A stretch of DNA of 63,974 bases, filler included, from Vicugna vicugna (GCA_013265495.1; 76 parts of 75 records of this genome joined end to end with filler, not necessarily neighbours in it), one strand, 5' to 3'. Counted from the first letter of the whole stretch, positions 37,930 through 50,628 are shown. Made by a program: numbers and translations. The notes: generated by a model from the sequence alone, not told the origin.

Positions 37930-38556
37930 CCAGAAACTTACACAATACTATAAATCAACTATAATTTAATCAAATTTTTTTAAAAGAATAAAGATATTAC
38001 ACAATTAATTTTCACCTCGAGGAACTAGAAAGAAACAAAAAGCAAAGGTGAGGAAAGTAACAAAATAATATAGATGAGACAAAAATAACTAAAATACAGA
38101 CTAGTAATCCTGTATAAAAGATCAAGGATGGCAAAAATTGTGTCTTTTAAAGATAAAAATTGAAAAATCTCTGGTTGAATCATGCAAAAAAATATAAGAA
38201 AGAGGATTCAAATAAAAAAGCAGAGATTAAAGAAGAGACATTGCAACTGAAGTAACAGAAATTCAAATGATCAAAACAGACTACTATGAACAATTATATG
38301 CCAACATATTGGAAAATCCAGAAAAGAATGGATAAATTCCTACAAAAATACAACCTACCAAGACTGAATCATGAAGAATTGGAAAATACGGACAAATAAT
38401 GAATAAAAAGATTGAGTCAGCAACCAAAACAAAACAAAATAAAGCAAAAAAAGCCCACGAGCAGATGGCTTTATGGGTGAATTCCATGGGTGAAGATATT
38501 TAACATGGGTGAAGATATTTAAAGAAGAATTAATACCAATTCTCAAATTATTTGAA
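37930..38556 (+). mobile_element. LINE-1 3' terminus (37930-~37990) followed by an older L1 ORF2 fragment
   Basis: acaatactataaatcaactata is an L1 3' end; gactactatgaacaattatatgccaac...aatggataaattcct...cctaccaagactgaatcatgaaga is ORF2. Confidence 0.9.
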
Positions 38557-38656
38557 NNNNNNNNNNNNNNNNNNNNNNNNNNNNNNNNNNNNNNNNNNNN
38601 TTAATTAATTAANNNNNNNNNNNNNNNNNNNNNNNNNNNNNNNNNNNNNNNNNNNN

Positions 38657-39217
38657 TTTGAAGTCCAAGTAGCAACGAGTGCCCCCCGATTTATTGAGGA
38701 AATACTTAGAGGATTTCACGCTAATGTGTAACACCTGTGTCCCCATTCACCTGTGTGGACTGGGTATCCACACCTCCCCCACACACAAGGCGATGATCCG
38801 GAATCCTGAGTGTGTGGAGGTTCCTCCAACTGACAGCAGTGCNNNNNNNNNNNNNNNNNNNNNNNNNNNNNNNNNNNNNNNNNNNNNNNNNNNNNNNNNN
38901 NNNNNNNNNNNNNNNNNNNNNNNNNNNNNNNNNNNNNNNNNNNNNNNNNNNNNNNNNNNNNNNNNNNNNNNNNNNNNNAACCTTGGAACACCTGTGCCCC
39001 CATAAAGATGCGTGGACTCTGATTTCCCACCTCCAGCACACACACGGAGACGTGGTCAGGTATCCTGATTGTGGGGAGGCTCCTCCAAATGACAGCAGCG
39101 CCTGGGTTCTAATAGAATCCATTAACGTGTATTCTTGAGTGTTTCCCTATGCCGGGCTGAGAGGGAAATCTGGGAGGCCAAGTAGCAGCAACTGCCCCCC
39201 GATAGAATATGGAATTA
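38657..39217 (-). repeat. SatD
   Basis: cctgagtgtgtggaggttcctccaactgacagcag; cctgggttctaatagaatcc. Confidence 0.9.
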
Positions 39218-39317
39218 NNNNNNNNNNNNNNNNNNNNNNNNNNNNNNNNNNNNNNNNNNNNTTAATTAATTAANNNNNNNNNNNNNNNNNNNNNNNNNNN
39301 NNNNNNNNNNNNNNNNN

Positions 39318-39985
39318 TATCACCTGCAGGATCAGGTTTGTGCTCTTCCAGCAAGGCTGGCGGATTTGGACCTATTCCTGGGTCTCCTGCCGAAGCAGGC
39401 TTTCAGTCTTCCTGCAGGTCTTCTGGAATATGACATATCTCTAATTTTCCTGCAGGATCAGGCTTGTGGGTCACCCAGCAAGGCTAGTGGAATTGGACCC
39501 ACTTCAAGGTCTTAGTGCATGATTGATGGAATGGGACCCAGTCCTGGGTCTCCTGCAGAAATTGGCTCAGAGTCTTCCTGCAGGACTGGTGAAATTGGAC
39601 CAATTCCTGAGTCTCCTGCAGGAGGAGGCCCTGCATCTTCCTGGAGGGATGGTGGAATATGACAGAGATCTGTTTCTCCTGCAGGAACAGGCTCAAGGTC
39701 TCCCTACAAGGCTAGTGTAATTGGACACATTCCTGGATCCATTGCAAGTGAAGGCATGATGGTCTTCCTACACAGCTGGTGGAATGTGATTCGGCTCTGA
39801 GTCTCCTGCAGGAGTAGGCTTAGGGTCTCCTTGAAAGATTGGTGAAATGGGACACAGTGCTGTCTCTCCTGCAGTAGCAGGCTCAGGTTCTCCCTACAGT
39901 ATTGGTAAAATTGGACCTGGCTCTAATTCTCCTGCAGTAGCAGACTGAGGTTATACCTGCATGGCTGGTTGAGTGTGAAGGAACA
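39318..39985. repeat. PstI-rich 63-bp minisatellite, about 10-11 diverged units
   Basis: ctcctgcag anchors at 39321, 39384, 39447, 39550, 39613, 39676, 39739, 39803, 39866 and 39929. Confidence 0.92.
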
Positions 39986-40243
39986 GCAAGTCTTAATACA
40001 TTGGCCCACTCCTGGGAAAAGGATAAACAGGGCTTGGTGCATGGTCTCTTGTATTGTCTGAAAAAGCCCCTTGAGATGTGTTGATTCTGATGACCTTGTC
40101 CAAGAACTTGAACACTTTTAGAATCTCTGCCCATTCATCTTGTNNNNNNNNNNNNNNNNNNNNNNNNNNNNNNNNNNNNNNNNNNNNTTAATTAATTAAN
40201 NNNNNNNNNNNNNNNNNNNNNNNNNNNNNNNNNNNNNNNNNNN

Positions 40244-41554
40244 TATATTCAGTATTCCGTATTCTATATTCTATATTCTGTGTTTTGCGTTCCATGTTCT
40301 AAACACTATATTCAGTTTTCTGTATTGTATATTGTAAATACTGAGTTCTGCATTCCATGTTCTAAACTCTATATTCAGTACTCTGTATTTTATATTCTAA
40401 ATTCTGTGTTCCGCATTCTATGTTCCAAATTCTATATTCTGTATTCTATATTATATGTTCTATATACTGGTTTCCGCATTTTATGCTCTAAATTCTATAT
40501 TCTGTATTCTCTATTCTATATTCTAAATTCTGTTTTCGGCATTCAATGTTCTAAATTCTGTTTTGTATATTCTCTATTCTCTAATCTATATTCTGTGTTC
40601 TCAATTCTATTTTCTACATTCCATATTCTGCATTCCGTATTCTATATTCTATATACAGTTTTATACATTCTATATTCTAATTTCTATATTCAGTATTTTA
40701 TAATCTATATTCTAAATTCTGTGTTCTNNNNNNNNNNNNNNNNNNNNNNNNNNNNNNNNNNNNNNNNNNNNNNNNNNNNNNNNNNNNNNNNNNNNNNNNN
40801 NNNNNNNTCTATATTCTCAGTATTCTGTATTGTATATTCTAAACTCTGTGTTTTGCATTCCATGTTCTAAATTCTCGGTTCTGTATTCTGTTTTCTATAT
40901 CCTACATTCTGTGTTGTTCATTCTATATTCTCTATTCTATATTTTGCAGACCGTATTCTATATTCTGTGTCCTACATTCTATATTCTAAATTCTATATTC
41001 ATTATTCCATATTCTATATTCTATACTCTGTGTTCTACATTCTATATTCTAAATTCTCTATTTAGTATTCAGTATTCTATATTCTAAATTCTGTGTTCTG
41101 CATTCCATATTCTAAATTCTGTGTTCTATATTCTNNNNNNNNNNNNNNNNNNNNNNNNNNNNNNNNNNNNNNNNNNNNNNNNNNNNNNNNNNNNNNNNNN
41201 NNNNNNNNNNNNNNNNNNNNNNNNNNNNNNNNNNNNNNNNNNNNNNNNNNNNNNNNNNNNNNNNNNNNNNNNNNNNNNNNNNNNNNNNNNNNNNNNNNNN
41301 NNNNNNNNNNNNNNNNNNNNNNNNNNNNNNNNNNNNNNNNNNNNNNNNNNNNNNNNNNNNNNNNNNNNNNNNNNNNNNNNNNNNNNNNNNNNNNNNNNNN
41401 NNNNNNNNNNNNNNNNNNNNNNNNNNNNNNNNNNTTCAATATTCACATTATTCAGTATTCTTTATTCTATATTCTAAATTTGCTGTTCTGCATTCCGTTT
41501 CTAAATTCCGTGTTCTATATTCTCCATTCCATATTCTATATTTGTGTTCTTCAT
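40244..41554 (+). repeat. SatE heptamer satellite with 63-bp higher-order unit
   Basis: gcattccatg-like anchors at 40287, 40350, 40413, 40476 and 40539. Confidence 0.95.
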
Positions 41555-41654
41555 NNNNNNNNNNNNNNNNNNNNNNNNNNNNNNNNNNNNNNNNNNNNTT
41601 AATTAATTAANNNNNNNNNNNNNNNNNNNNNNNNNNNNNNNNNNNNNNNNNNNN

Positions 41655-42132
41655 GCTTTCCGTTAGAACCCACGCACTGCCGACCGTTGATGGAACCTCA
41701 ACACGCTCAGGATTCCAGTAAAATTGTCAGTGCGTGGGTGAGCTCGAGAGACAACTCCACGCAGCTCTCTTCAGTCACAGGTGTTTCCTATTCGGGGAAG
41801 TCCGAGAAATAACTTCCCTGACTTTGGGGAGGCAGCCTCTGTCACTGGGATATCCTNNNNNNNNNNNNNNNNNNNNNNNNNNNNNNNNNNNNNNNNNNNN
41901 NNNNNNNNNNNNNNNNNNNNNNNNNNNNNNNNNNNNNNNNNNNTGGTGGAACCACGCTCAGAATTCTGGAACCATTGTCAGTGCGTGGGGGAGCTCGAGA
42001 GACAACTCCACGCAGCTCTCTTCAGTCACAGGTGTTCCTGTTCGGGGATGTCCGAGACATACCTTCACTGATCTTGGGGAGGCAACATCAGTCACTGGGA
42101 AATCCTGCAAACACCCCTAGCATTCCCTGGCA
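41655..42132 (+). repeat. SatB
   Basis: SatB motifs. Confidence 0.95.
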
Positions 42133-42232
42133 NNNNNNNNNNNNNNNNNNNNNNNNNNNNNNNNNNNNNNNNNNNNTTAATTAATTAANNNNNNNNNNNN
42201 NNNNNNNNNNNNNNNNNNNNNNNNNNNNNNNN

Positions 42233-42988
42233 TTGGTGGAACCTCCCCACGCTCAGGATTCCGAAACTATTGTCAGTTGCTTAGGGGATCTCGAGAGACA
42301 ACCCCATGCAGCTCTCTTCAATCACAGGTGTTCCCTGTTCGGGGAATTCCGGGAAATACTTTTCCTGATCTTGGGGTGTCAGCCTCGGTCAATGCGATAT
42401 CCTGCAAACCCCCCTAGCATTCCCTGGCACAGAGAAATTAGGAAAACACTCAGGGGAGACGAGCTTAGGCATTCCGTTAGAACACACGCGCTGCCGACCG
42501 TTGTTGGAACCTCCCCACGCTCAGGATTCCGGAAACAATTCAGTGCGTGGGGGCCCTCGAGAGACAACTCCACGAAGTTCTCTTCAGTCACAGAAGTTCC
42601 CTGTGCGGGGAATTCCGAGAAATACATTCCCTGACCTTGGGGAGGCAGCCTCAGTCACTGGGATATCCTGCAAACACCCCTAGCATTCCCTGGCACAGAG
42701 ACATTAGGAAAATATTCAGAGGAGACGAGATTAGGCATTCCGTTAGAACCCACGCGCTGCCGACCGTTGGTGGAACCTCCCCACCCTCAGGATTCCTTGA
42801 ACATTGTCAGTGCGTGGGGGAGCACGAGAGACAACTCCACGCAGAACTCTTCAGTCACAGGTGTTCCCTGTGCGGGGAAGTCCGAGAAATAACTTCCCTG
42901 AAATTGGGGAGGTAGCGTTTGACCAAATTGCAAACCCCCCAACCATTCCCTGGCAAAGAGACATTAGGAAAACGCTCAGGGGAGACGA
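42233..42988 (+). repeat. SatB (~2.8 monomers)
   Basis: gcagctctcttc at 42308 and gcagaactcttc at 42841 (533 bp, two monomers). Confidence 0.96.
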
Positions 42989-43164
42989 NNNNNNNNNNNN
43001 NNNNNNNNNNNNNNNNNNNNNNNNNNNNNNNNTTAATTAATTAANNNNNNNNNNNNNNNNNNNNNNNNNNNNNNNNNNNNNNNNNNNNACAGGAAAGGAC
43101 TGTTCAGGCAGACACGAGAAAACCCTGTGGGCTCCCCAGCTGGGGCGTCACGCCAAAGGGAAGA

Positions 43165-43262
43165 ACAGAGATATAGACTTTGCCACTTATTAGCGGTGTG
43201 ACTTTGAGTAATATCACCCCACCTCTCTCTATATTTCTTCATCTGTAAAGTGACTGAGTGAC
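43165..43262 (+). mobile_element. MIR SINE fragment
   Basis: gccacttattagcggtgtgactttgagtaa...ttcttcatctgtaaagtg is a MIR core match. Confidence 0.75.
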
Positions 43263-43871
43263 AAGCTCGTGTCATCAGAAGGCTTAGTTTAGCTCTGATC
43301 CTCTTTGTCCTCTCAGTGCTGCCCTGCAAGGTTCTGCAGCGGCTGCTCTTACCCTGAGAAGGGAGGGCGTAGAGGGACATTGTAGCGCCCGAGGGCAGGA
43401 GGGGGGTGCTTTAAAACCAGTCATGTAACCGCCTGCAGCTGCAGACCTGCAGGCAGTTTGGTTGACGGTCCTTGAGAGGACTTTGGAGGCCTTAGCGTCG
43501 TCTTAAGTCTTGTTTTCCCTTGGGGTCCGGATTTGCCTTTGCAGATTGATGTTGAAGCTTTGGGCTTCTGGCAAAGCTGTTTTCAGAGATGGATATATAC
43601 GTAAAATATCGTATAAAATAAAGTGATTTATTTAACTTGTGCGACTTTGCAGCTGTTAGCAGCTGTTGAGCTCTGTTGGCCTGGTCCCCACGGAGTACAC
43701 CAAGGGTCAGCAGAGCATTCGGGAGCGCAGGTAGCCTGCAGTGCTGCTGCGGGGTTTCTCCCCAGCAAGGCNNNNNNNNNNNNNNNNNNNNNNNNNNNNN
43801 NNNNNNNNNNNNNNNTTAATTAATTAANNNNNNNNNNNNNNNNNNNNNNNNNNNNNNNNNNNNNNNNNNNN

Positions 43872-44796
43872 CCTAGTGCCAGTTTGAATTTCCTGCGGTT
43901 TGCACTGTAGAACCGACTTGGAACTTGTTCCTCCCCATATATATGTATGGAAAAGCGTTTGCAATTGACAAGATACTTTGTGTTCCATTCAAGCTAGGTG
44001 AAGGACTGCTTTCACACACATTTATCTCTCAGAACTGAGCATGTGGAGAGACGTTCGTTCATCCAGCACAAAGGGAACGGTTTGCAAGAGAAATACTTAC
44101 TCTGGTTTCTCACTCTGTTTCCTAGTGCCGGTTGGAATTTCCTGCGTTTTGCACTGTAAAACCGAGTTGAAGTTAGTTCCTCCCCATATATATGTAAGGA
44201 CTATTGTTTGCAACTGAATAGAAACTTTGTGTTCCCTTCAAGNNNNNNNNNNNNNNNNNNNNNNNNNNNNNNNNNNNNNNNNNNNNNNNNNNNNNNNNNN
44301 NNNNNNNNNNNNNNNNNNNNNNNNNNNNNNNNNNNNNNNNNNNNNNNNNNNNNNNNNNNNNNNNNNNNNNNNNNNNNNNNNNNNNNNNNNNNNNNNNNNN
44401 NNNNNNNNNNNNNNNNNNNNNNNNNNNNNNNNNNNNNNNNNNNNNNNNNNNNNNNNNNNNNNNNNNNNNNNNNNNNNNNNNNNNNNNNNNNNNNNNNNNN
44501 NNNNNNNNNNNNNNNNNNNNNNNNNNNNNNNNNNNNNNNNNNNNNNNNNNNNNNNNNNNNNNNNNNNNNNNNNGTTGTAGGAGCTTACTTACTCTGGATT
44601 CTCAGTCTGTTTCCTACTGCCGGTTTGTAGTTCCTGCAGTTAGCACTGTAAAACCGAGTTGCAGCTTGTACATCCCCATATATATGTATGGTGTGGTGTT
44701 TGCAACTGAAAAGAAACTTTGTGTTGCCTTCAAGGTAGGTGAAAGACGACATTCACACACACTTATTTCTCTGAACTGAGCATGTGGAGAGACGTT
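43872..44796 (-). repeat. SatC
   Basis: aagctaggtgaaggac...ctgagcatgtggagagacgttcg. Confidence 0.95.
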
Positions 44797-44896
44797 NNNN
44801 NNNNNNNNNNNNNNNNNNNNNNNNNNNNNNNNNNNNNNNNTTAATTAATTAANNNNNNNNNNNNNNNNNNNNNNNNNNNNNNNNNNNNNNNNNNNN

Positions 44897-45674
44897 CTCC
44901 ATGGGTAGTGGAGATGTTTAAACTAGAACCCACAACTTGGGGATTACTGTGACCCCTGGAATATGCGTGTGCTATGTTTCCCCACGTCCAGCAAACACAG
45001 GAAGAAGTGTTCTGGGGTTCTGAGTGTGGGGAGGTTCCTCCAACAGACAGCAGCACCTGGGTTGTAATAGAATCCCTTAGCTTGACTTCCCTAAGTGATT
45101 TCCTAGGCCTNNNNNNNNNNNNNNNNNNNNNNNNNNNNNNNNNNNNNNNNNNNNNNNNNNNNNNNNNNNNNNNNNNNNNNNNNNNNNNNNNNNNNNNNNN
45201 NNNNNNNNNNNNNNNNNNNNNNNNNNNNNNNNNNNNNNNNNNNNNNNNNNNNNNNNNNNNNNNNNNNNNNNNNNNNNNNNNNNNNNNNNNNNNNNNNNNN
45301 NNNNNNNNNNNNNNNNNNNNNNNNNNNNNNNNNNNNNNNNNNNNNNNNNNNNNNNNNNNNNNNNNNNNNNNNNNNNNNNNNNNNNNNNNNNNNNNNNNNN
45401 NNNNNNNNNNNNNNNNNNNNNNNNNNNNNNNNNNNNNNNNNNNNNNNNNNNNNNNNNNNNNNNNNNNNGAAAGATGCTTGTTTCCCTACATCCAGCACAC
45501 ACGCGAAGAAGTGTTCTGGTATTCTGAGTGTGGGGAGGTTCCTCCAACTGACAGCAGCACCTGGGTTCTATTAGTATCCCTTAGCTTCTGTTCCCCGAGT
45601 GTTCCCTTACGCCAGGCCATGAGGGAAAACTGGGGGTTGGGCTTGGATGCCAAGTAGCAGTGAGTGCCCCCTGA
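44897..45674 (-). repeat. SatD
   Basis: ctgagtgtggggaggttcctccaac[a/t]gacagcagcacctgggtt. Confidence 0.92.
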
Positions 45675-45914
45675 NNNNNNNNNNNNNNNNNNNNNNNNNN
45701 NNNNNNNNNNNNNNNNNNTTAATTAATTAANNNNNNNNNNNNNNNNNNNNNNNNNNNNNNNNNNNNNNNNNNNNTGATTAAACTGGGGCTTAGAGAATCA
45801 CACAGGCCTGCCCATGTCATCCACATGGTTAGTTTAGAGACAGGTGGAACGTGGGCTTGGGATTTCCAGGCAGTACCATTATGATGGTCTGTGGCAGGGA
45901 GCAGCATTCACTTT

Positions 45915-46000
45915 GCTTGTTTATTCATTCATTCAACAGACATTTATTGAGTAACCTCTGTGGGTCAGATGCTTTCATAGGGTTATCTGATTCTTCAGCA
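45915..46000 (-). mobile_element. LINE-2 extreme 3' end
   Basis: ttcattcattcaacagacatttattgagt is the typical antisense L2 tail. Confidence 0.7.
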
Positions 46001-46634
46001 GTATGGCGAATCAGGTAAAGTTTTCTTTTTTTAATCTTAGAAAATTAGCTCTGAGACGTTATANNNNNNNNNNNNNNNNNNNNNNNNNNNNNNNNNNNNN
46101 NNNNNNNNNNNNNNNNNNNNNNNNNNNNNNNNNNNNNNNNNNNNNNNNNNNNNNNNNNNNNNNNNTAATCCAGATCTTGTAAGGCAAAGATTTTGTTTTT
46201 AATTGAAGTAGAGTCAAGTGTACAATGTTGTGTCAATTGCAAGGTGTTTTTTGAATNNNNNNNNNNNNNNNNNNNNNNNNNNNNNNNNNNNNNNNNNNNN
46301 TTAATTAATTAANNNNNNNNNNNNNNNNNNNNNNNNNNNNNNNNNNNNNNNNNNNNTGCCCTGACTTCATGGAATCCATTTTTATGACTTTATCTCCCCC
46401 TAGTTTCATTTAAATATTGAATTTGCATTTTCTCTTCACTCTCAGTTTTACCTTTTTGTTGTTATGGTTGTTAAGCTGTGTTTAAAATAATTGTTTAAAT
46501 TCTCTTTTAGCAGAAGGCTAAATGTAAATAAATATGTAAACAAACAGCACACTTAAATGCTTTTATACATTCTAAGCTGTTTAATAGTTACTTAAAAACC
46601 GAATTGAATATTACAGTGATAACATTTTTAAATT

Positions 46635-46812
46635 AGTTTTTAATTTTTTATAAAGATATAGCTGATTTAAAAAGATATAGCTAAAATATGATGTATGTTT
46701 CAGGTGTACAATAGATGCTCCATTTATAGTTACTGTAAAACATTGTCTGTATTCCCTGTGTTGTAAGATACATCCCTCTAGCATGTTTACATTACATGTT
46801 GCAGTTTGTATT
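46635..46812 (-). mobile_element. LINE-1 3' UTR fragment
   Basis: tatagctgattta...gtttcaggtgtacaa...tattccctgtgttgta matches antisense L1MA-like 3' ends. Confidence 0.7.
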
Positions 46813-46965
46813 AGAAATTAGGGTAATGCAGAACCTGGGACGTGGCTGTGTCTGACCCAGGTTCANNNNNNNNNNNNNNNNNNNNNNNNNNNNNNNNNNN
46901 NNNNNNNNNTTAATTAATTAANNNNNNNNNNNNNNNNNNNNNNNNNNNNNNNNNNNNNNNNNNNN

Positions 46966-48040
46966 CTTTTATAGAGGATGAAAGATAAGTAATCCACATG
47001 CTCTCAACTAGGAATGCATCTTTGTCGAATCGGCCATGTATGTAGCATGTAAGGAACACGGAATATCATGTAGATGGAATCTATTCTAATTACATATCTC
47101 TTGGGAAGAATTCGCTACAAGAGGGTTTTTGTGGGATCAAAGTTTGATTCTTAAAGCTAGTGATAGGAAGATGCTGCGAAGTCAAAGTAAATATTTCAGA
47201 GTGCGTAGGTAACTTGTTTGGTTTTTGAAACATCACTCATGCGCTTTTCACAACTCAGAACTTCATGTTTGAGGAGTCCGTGATGCATGAAACATGTTCG
47301 TAATACGGAATGCCATGGTTATGTAAACAATGTAAATTACATGTGTATTAGGACGAATTCGATCCAAGAGTGTTTTCTGGTGCCAGATGTCCGATTTTAG
47401 AACCTGGTGGTAGAAAAATCTATGAAGTCAGAGTAAATAATTCTAAGTGTATATACGCATTGTTTGGTGGATGAAAGGTCAGTAATCCACATGCTCACAA
47501 GTCAGAAANNNNNNNNNNNNNNNNNNNNNNNNNNNNNNNNNNNNNNNNNNNNNNNNNNNNNNNNNNNNNNNNNNNNNNNNNNNNNNNNNNNNNNNNNNNN
47601 NNNNNNNNNNNNNNNNNNNNNNNNNNNNNNNNNNNNNNNNNNNNNNNNNNNNNNNNNNNNNNNNNNNNNNNNNNNNNNNNNNNNNNNNNNNNNNNNNNNN
47701 NNNNNNNNNNNNNNNNNNNNNNNNNNNNNNNNNNNNNNNNNNNNNNNNNNNNNNNNNNNNNNNNNNNNNNNNNNNNNNNNNNNNNNNNNNNNNNNNNNNN
47801 NNNNNNNNNNNNNNNNNNNNNNNNNNNNNNNNNNNNNNNNNNNNNNNNNNNNNNNNNNNNNNNNNNNNNNNNNNNNNNNNNNNNNNNNNNNNNNNNNNNN
47901 NNNNNNNNNNNNNNNNNNNNNNNNNNNNNNNNNNNNNNNNNNNNNNNNNNNNNNNNNNNNNNNNNNNNNNNNNNNNNNNNNNNNNNNTAAGTTTCAAGAA
48001 TCCGTGATGCATGAAACATGTTCGTAATACGGAATGCCAT
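46966..48040 (+). repeat. SatA
   Basis: ggaatatcatgtag (47061) and ggaatgccatgg (~47307). Confidence 0.95.
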
Positions 48041-48140
48041 NNNNNNNNNNNNNNNNNNNNNNNNNNNNNNNNNNNNNNNNNNNNTTAATTAATTAANNNN
48101 NNNNNNNNNNNNNNNNNNNNNNNNNNNNNNNNNNNNNNNN

Positions 48141-49325
48141 CCTGAGGGTTTTCCTAATGTCTCTGTGGCAGGGAATGCTAGGGGCCTTTGCAGGATATCC
48201 CAGTGCCTGAGGCTGCCTCCCTAAGGTCAGGGAAGTTATTTCTCGGAATTCCCCGAACAGGGAACACCTGTGACTGAAGAGAGCTGCGTGGAGTTGTCTC
48301 ACGAGCTCCCNNNNNNNNNNNNNNNNNNNNNNNNNNNNNNNNNNNNNNNNNNNNNNNNNNNNNNNNNNNNNNNNNNNNNNNNNNNNNNNNNNNNNNNNNN
48401 NNNNNNNNNNNNNNNNNNNNNNNNNNNNNNNNNNNNNNNNNNNNNNNNNNNNNNNNNNNNNNNNNNNNNNNNNNNNNNNNNNNNNNNNNNNNNNNNNNNN
48501 NNNNNNNNNNNNNNNNNNNNNNNNNNNNNNNNNNNNNNNNNNNNNNNNNNNNNNNNNNNNNNNNNNNNNNNNNNNNNNNNNNNNNNNNNNNNNNNNNNNN
48601 NNNNNNNNNNNNNNNNNNNNNNNNNNNNNNNNNNNNNNNNNNNNNNNNNNNNNNNNNNNNNNNNNNNNNNNNNNNNNNNNNNNNNNNNNNNNNNNNNNNN
48701 NNNNNNNNNNNNNNNNNNNNNNNNNNNNNNNNNNNNNNNNNNNNNNNNNNNNNNNNNNNNNNNNNNNNNNNNNNNNNNNNNNNNNNNNNNNNNNNNNNNN
48801 NNNNNNNNNNNNNNNNNNNNNNNNNNNNNNNNNNNNNNNNNNNNNNNNNNNNNNNNNNNNNNGCTTCCACCAAGTCAGCAGCGCGTGGGTCCAAACGGAA
48901 AGCCTAAGCTCAACTCCCCTGAGAGTTTTCCTAATGTCTCTGTGCCAGGGAATGCTAGGTGGGTTTGCAGGATATCCCAGTGACAGATTCTGCCTCCCCA
49001 AAGTCAAGGAAGATATTTCTCGGACTTCCAACAACAGGGAACACCTGTGACTGAAGAGAGCTGCGTGGAGTTTTCTCTCGAGCTCCCCCACGCACTGACA
49101 ATGTTTCCGGAATCCTGAGCGTTGGGAGGTTCCACCAACCGTCGGCAGCGCGTGGGTTCTAACTGAAAGGATAAGCTCGTCTCCCCTGAGTGTTTCCCTA
49201 ATATCTCTGTGCCAGGGAATGCTAGGTGGGTTTGCAGGATATCCCAGTGACAGATTCTGCCTCCCCAAAGTCAAGGAAGATATTTCTCGGACTTCCAACA
49301 ACAGGGAACACCTGTGACTGAAGAG
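48141..49325 (-). repeat. SatB
   Basis: Reverse-complement monomers with a 267-bp period. Confidence 0.96.
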
Positions 49326-49425
49326 NNNNNNNNNNNNNNNNNNNNNNNNNNNNNNNNNNNNNNNNNNNNTTAATTAATTAANNNNNNNNNNNNNNNNNNN
49401 NNNNNNNNNNNNNNNNNNNNNNNNN

Positions 49426-50528
49426 TCGAAACTGGTGTTAGGGAAAGATACTGAAAATGTGTACACGGGTGTAGATGAATTTATTCCTTTATGGAGGATG
49501 AAAGATCAATAAACCACATGCTCTCAACTCAGGAATGCATGATTGTCGAATCCGTCATGCTTGTATCATGAATGGAACACGGAATTCCATGTAGATTGAA
49601 TCTATTCAAACTACACATCTATAGGGTAGAATTCATTCAAAGATAATATTTCTGGGGTCAAATTGTTATCCTTGAAACTGATGAAAGGAAGAAGCTATGA
49701 AGTCAAAGTAAATATTTCAAAGTGCATAGGTAACTTGTTTGGGGGTTGAAACGTCAGTCATGCGCATGTTCACAACTCAGAAATGGATGTTTGAGGAATT
49801 CATAATGCATGAATCATGTTCGGAATACGGAATTCCATGGTTATGTTAACAATGTATATTACATGTGTATTGGTGAGAATTCGCTCAAAGAGTCTTTTCT
49901 GGCGAAAATATCCGATTTTAAAACCTGGTGATAGAAAAAAACTGTGAAGTCAGAGTAAATATTTCTAAGTGTATATATGCATTGCTGGGTGGATGAAAGA
50001 TCAGTAATCCACATGATAACAACTCAGAAACTCATGTTTGCCGANNNNNNNNNNNNNNNNNNNNNNNNNNNNNNNNNNNNNNNNNNNNNNNNNNNNNNNN
50101 NNNNNNNNNNNNNNNNNNNNNNNNNNNNNNNNNNNNNNNNNNNNNNNNNNNNNNNNNNNNNNNNNNNNNNNNNNNNNNNNNNNNNNNNNNNNNNNNNNNN
50201 NNNNNNNNNNNNNNNNNNNNNNNNNNNNNNNNNNNNNNNNNNNNNNNNNNNNNNNNNNNNNNNNNNNNNNNNNNNNNNNNNNNNNNNNNNNNNNNNNNNN
50301 NTCATGCATGTAGCATGTTCATAACACGGAATATCATGTAGATGGAATCTATTCAAATTACATATCTCTAGGGTAGAATTCGCACCAAGAGGGTTTTTCT
50401 GGGATCAAAGTATGATTCTTGACACTGGTGACAGGGAGAAGCAATGAAATCAAAGTAAATATTTCAAACTGCATATGAACACTGCTATGGTTGAGACATC
50501 AGTCATGCGCATGTTTACAAGTCAGAAA
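49426..50528 (+). repeat. SatA
   Basis: Anchors at 49581 and 49829 (248 bp). Confidence 0.95.
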
Positions 50529-50628
50529 NNNNNNNNNNNNNNNNNNNNNNNNNNNNNNNNNNNNNNNNNNNNTTAATTAATTAANNNNNNNNNNNNNNNN
50601 NNNNNNNNNNNNNNNNNNNNNNNNNNNN

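Noticed and set aside
39318..40727. Shared 63-bp period between the PstI-rich repeat and neighbouring SatE
   Set aside because: No sequence similarity, and they are separate scaffolds; treated as coincidence.
40280..41087. FYILYS-repeat hydrophobic ORFs (also 62886-63878)
   Set aside because: Translation of the heptamer satellite.
42338..42354. CENP-B-box-like ttcggggaattccggga in SatB
   Set aside because: Spacing is one base longer than TTCGnnnnAnnCGGG, and most copies read ccgag.
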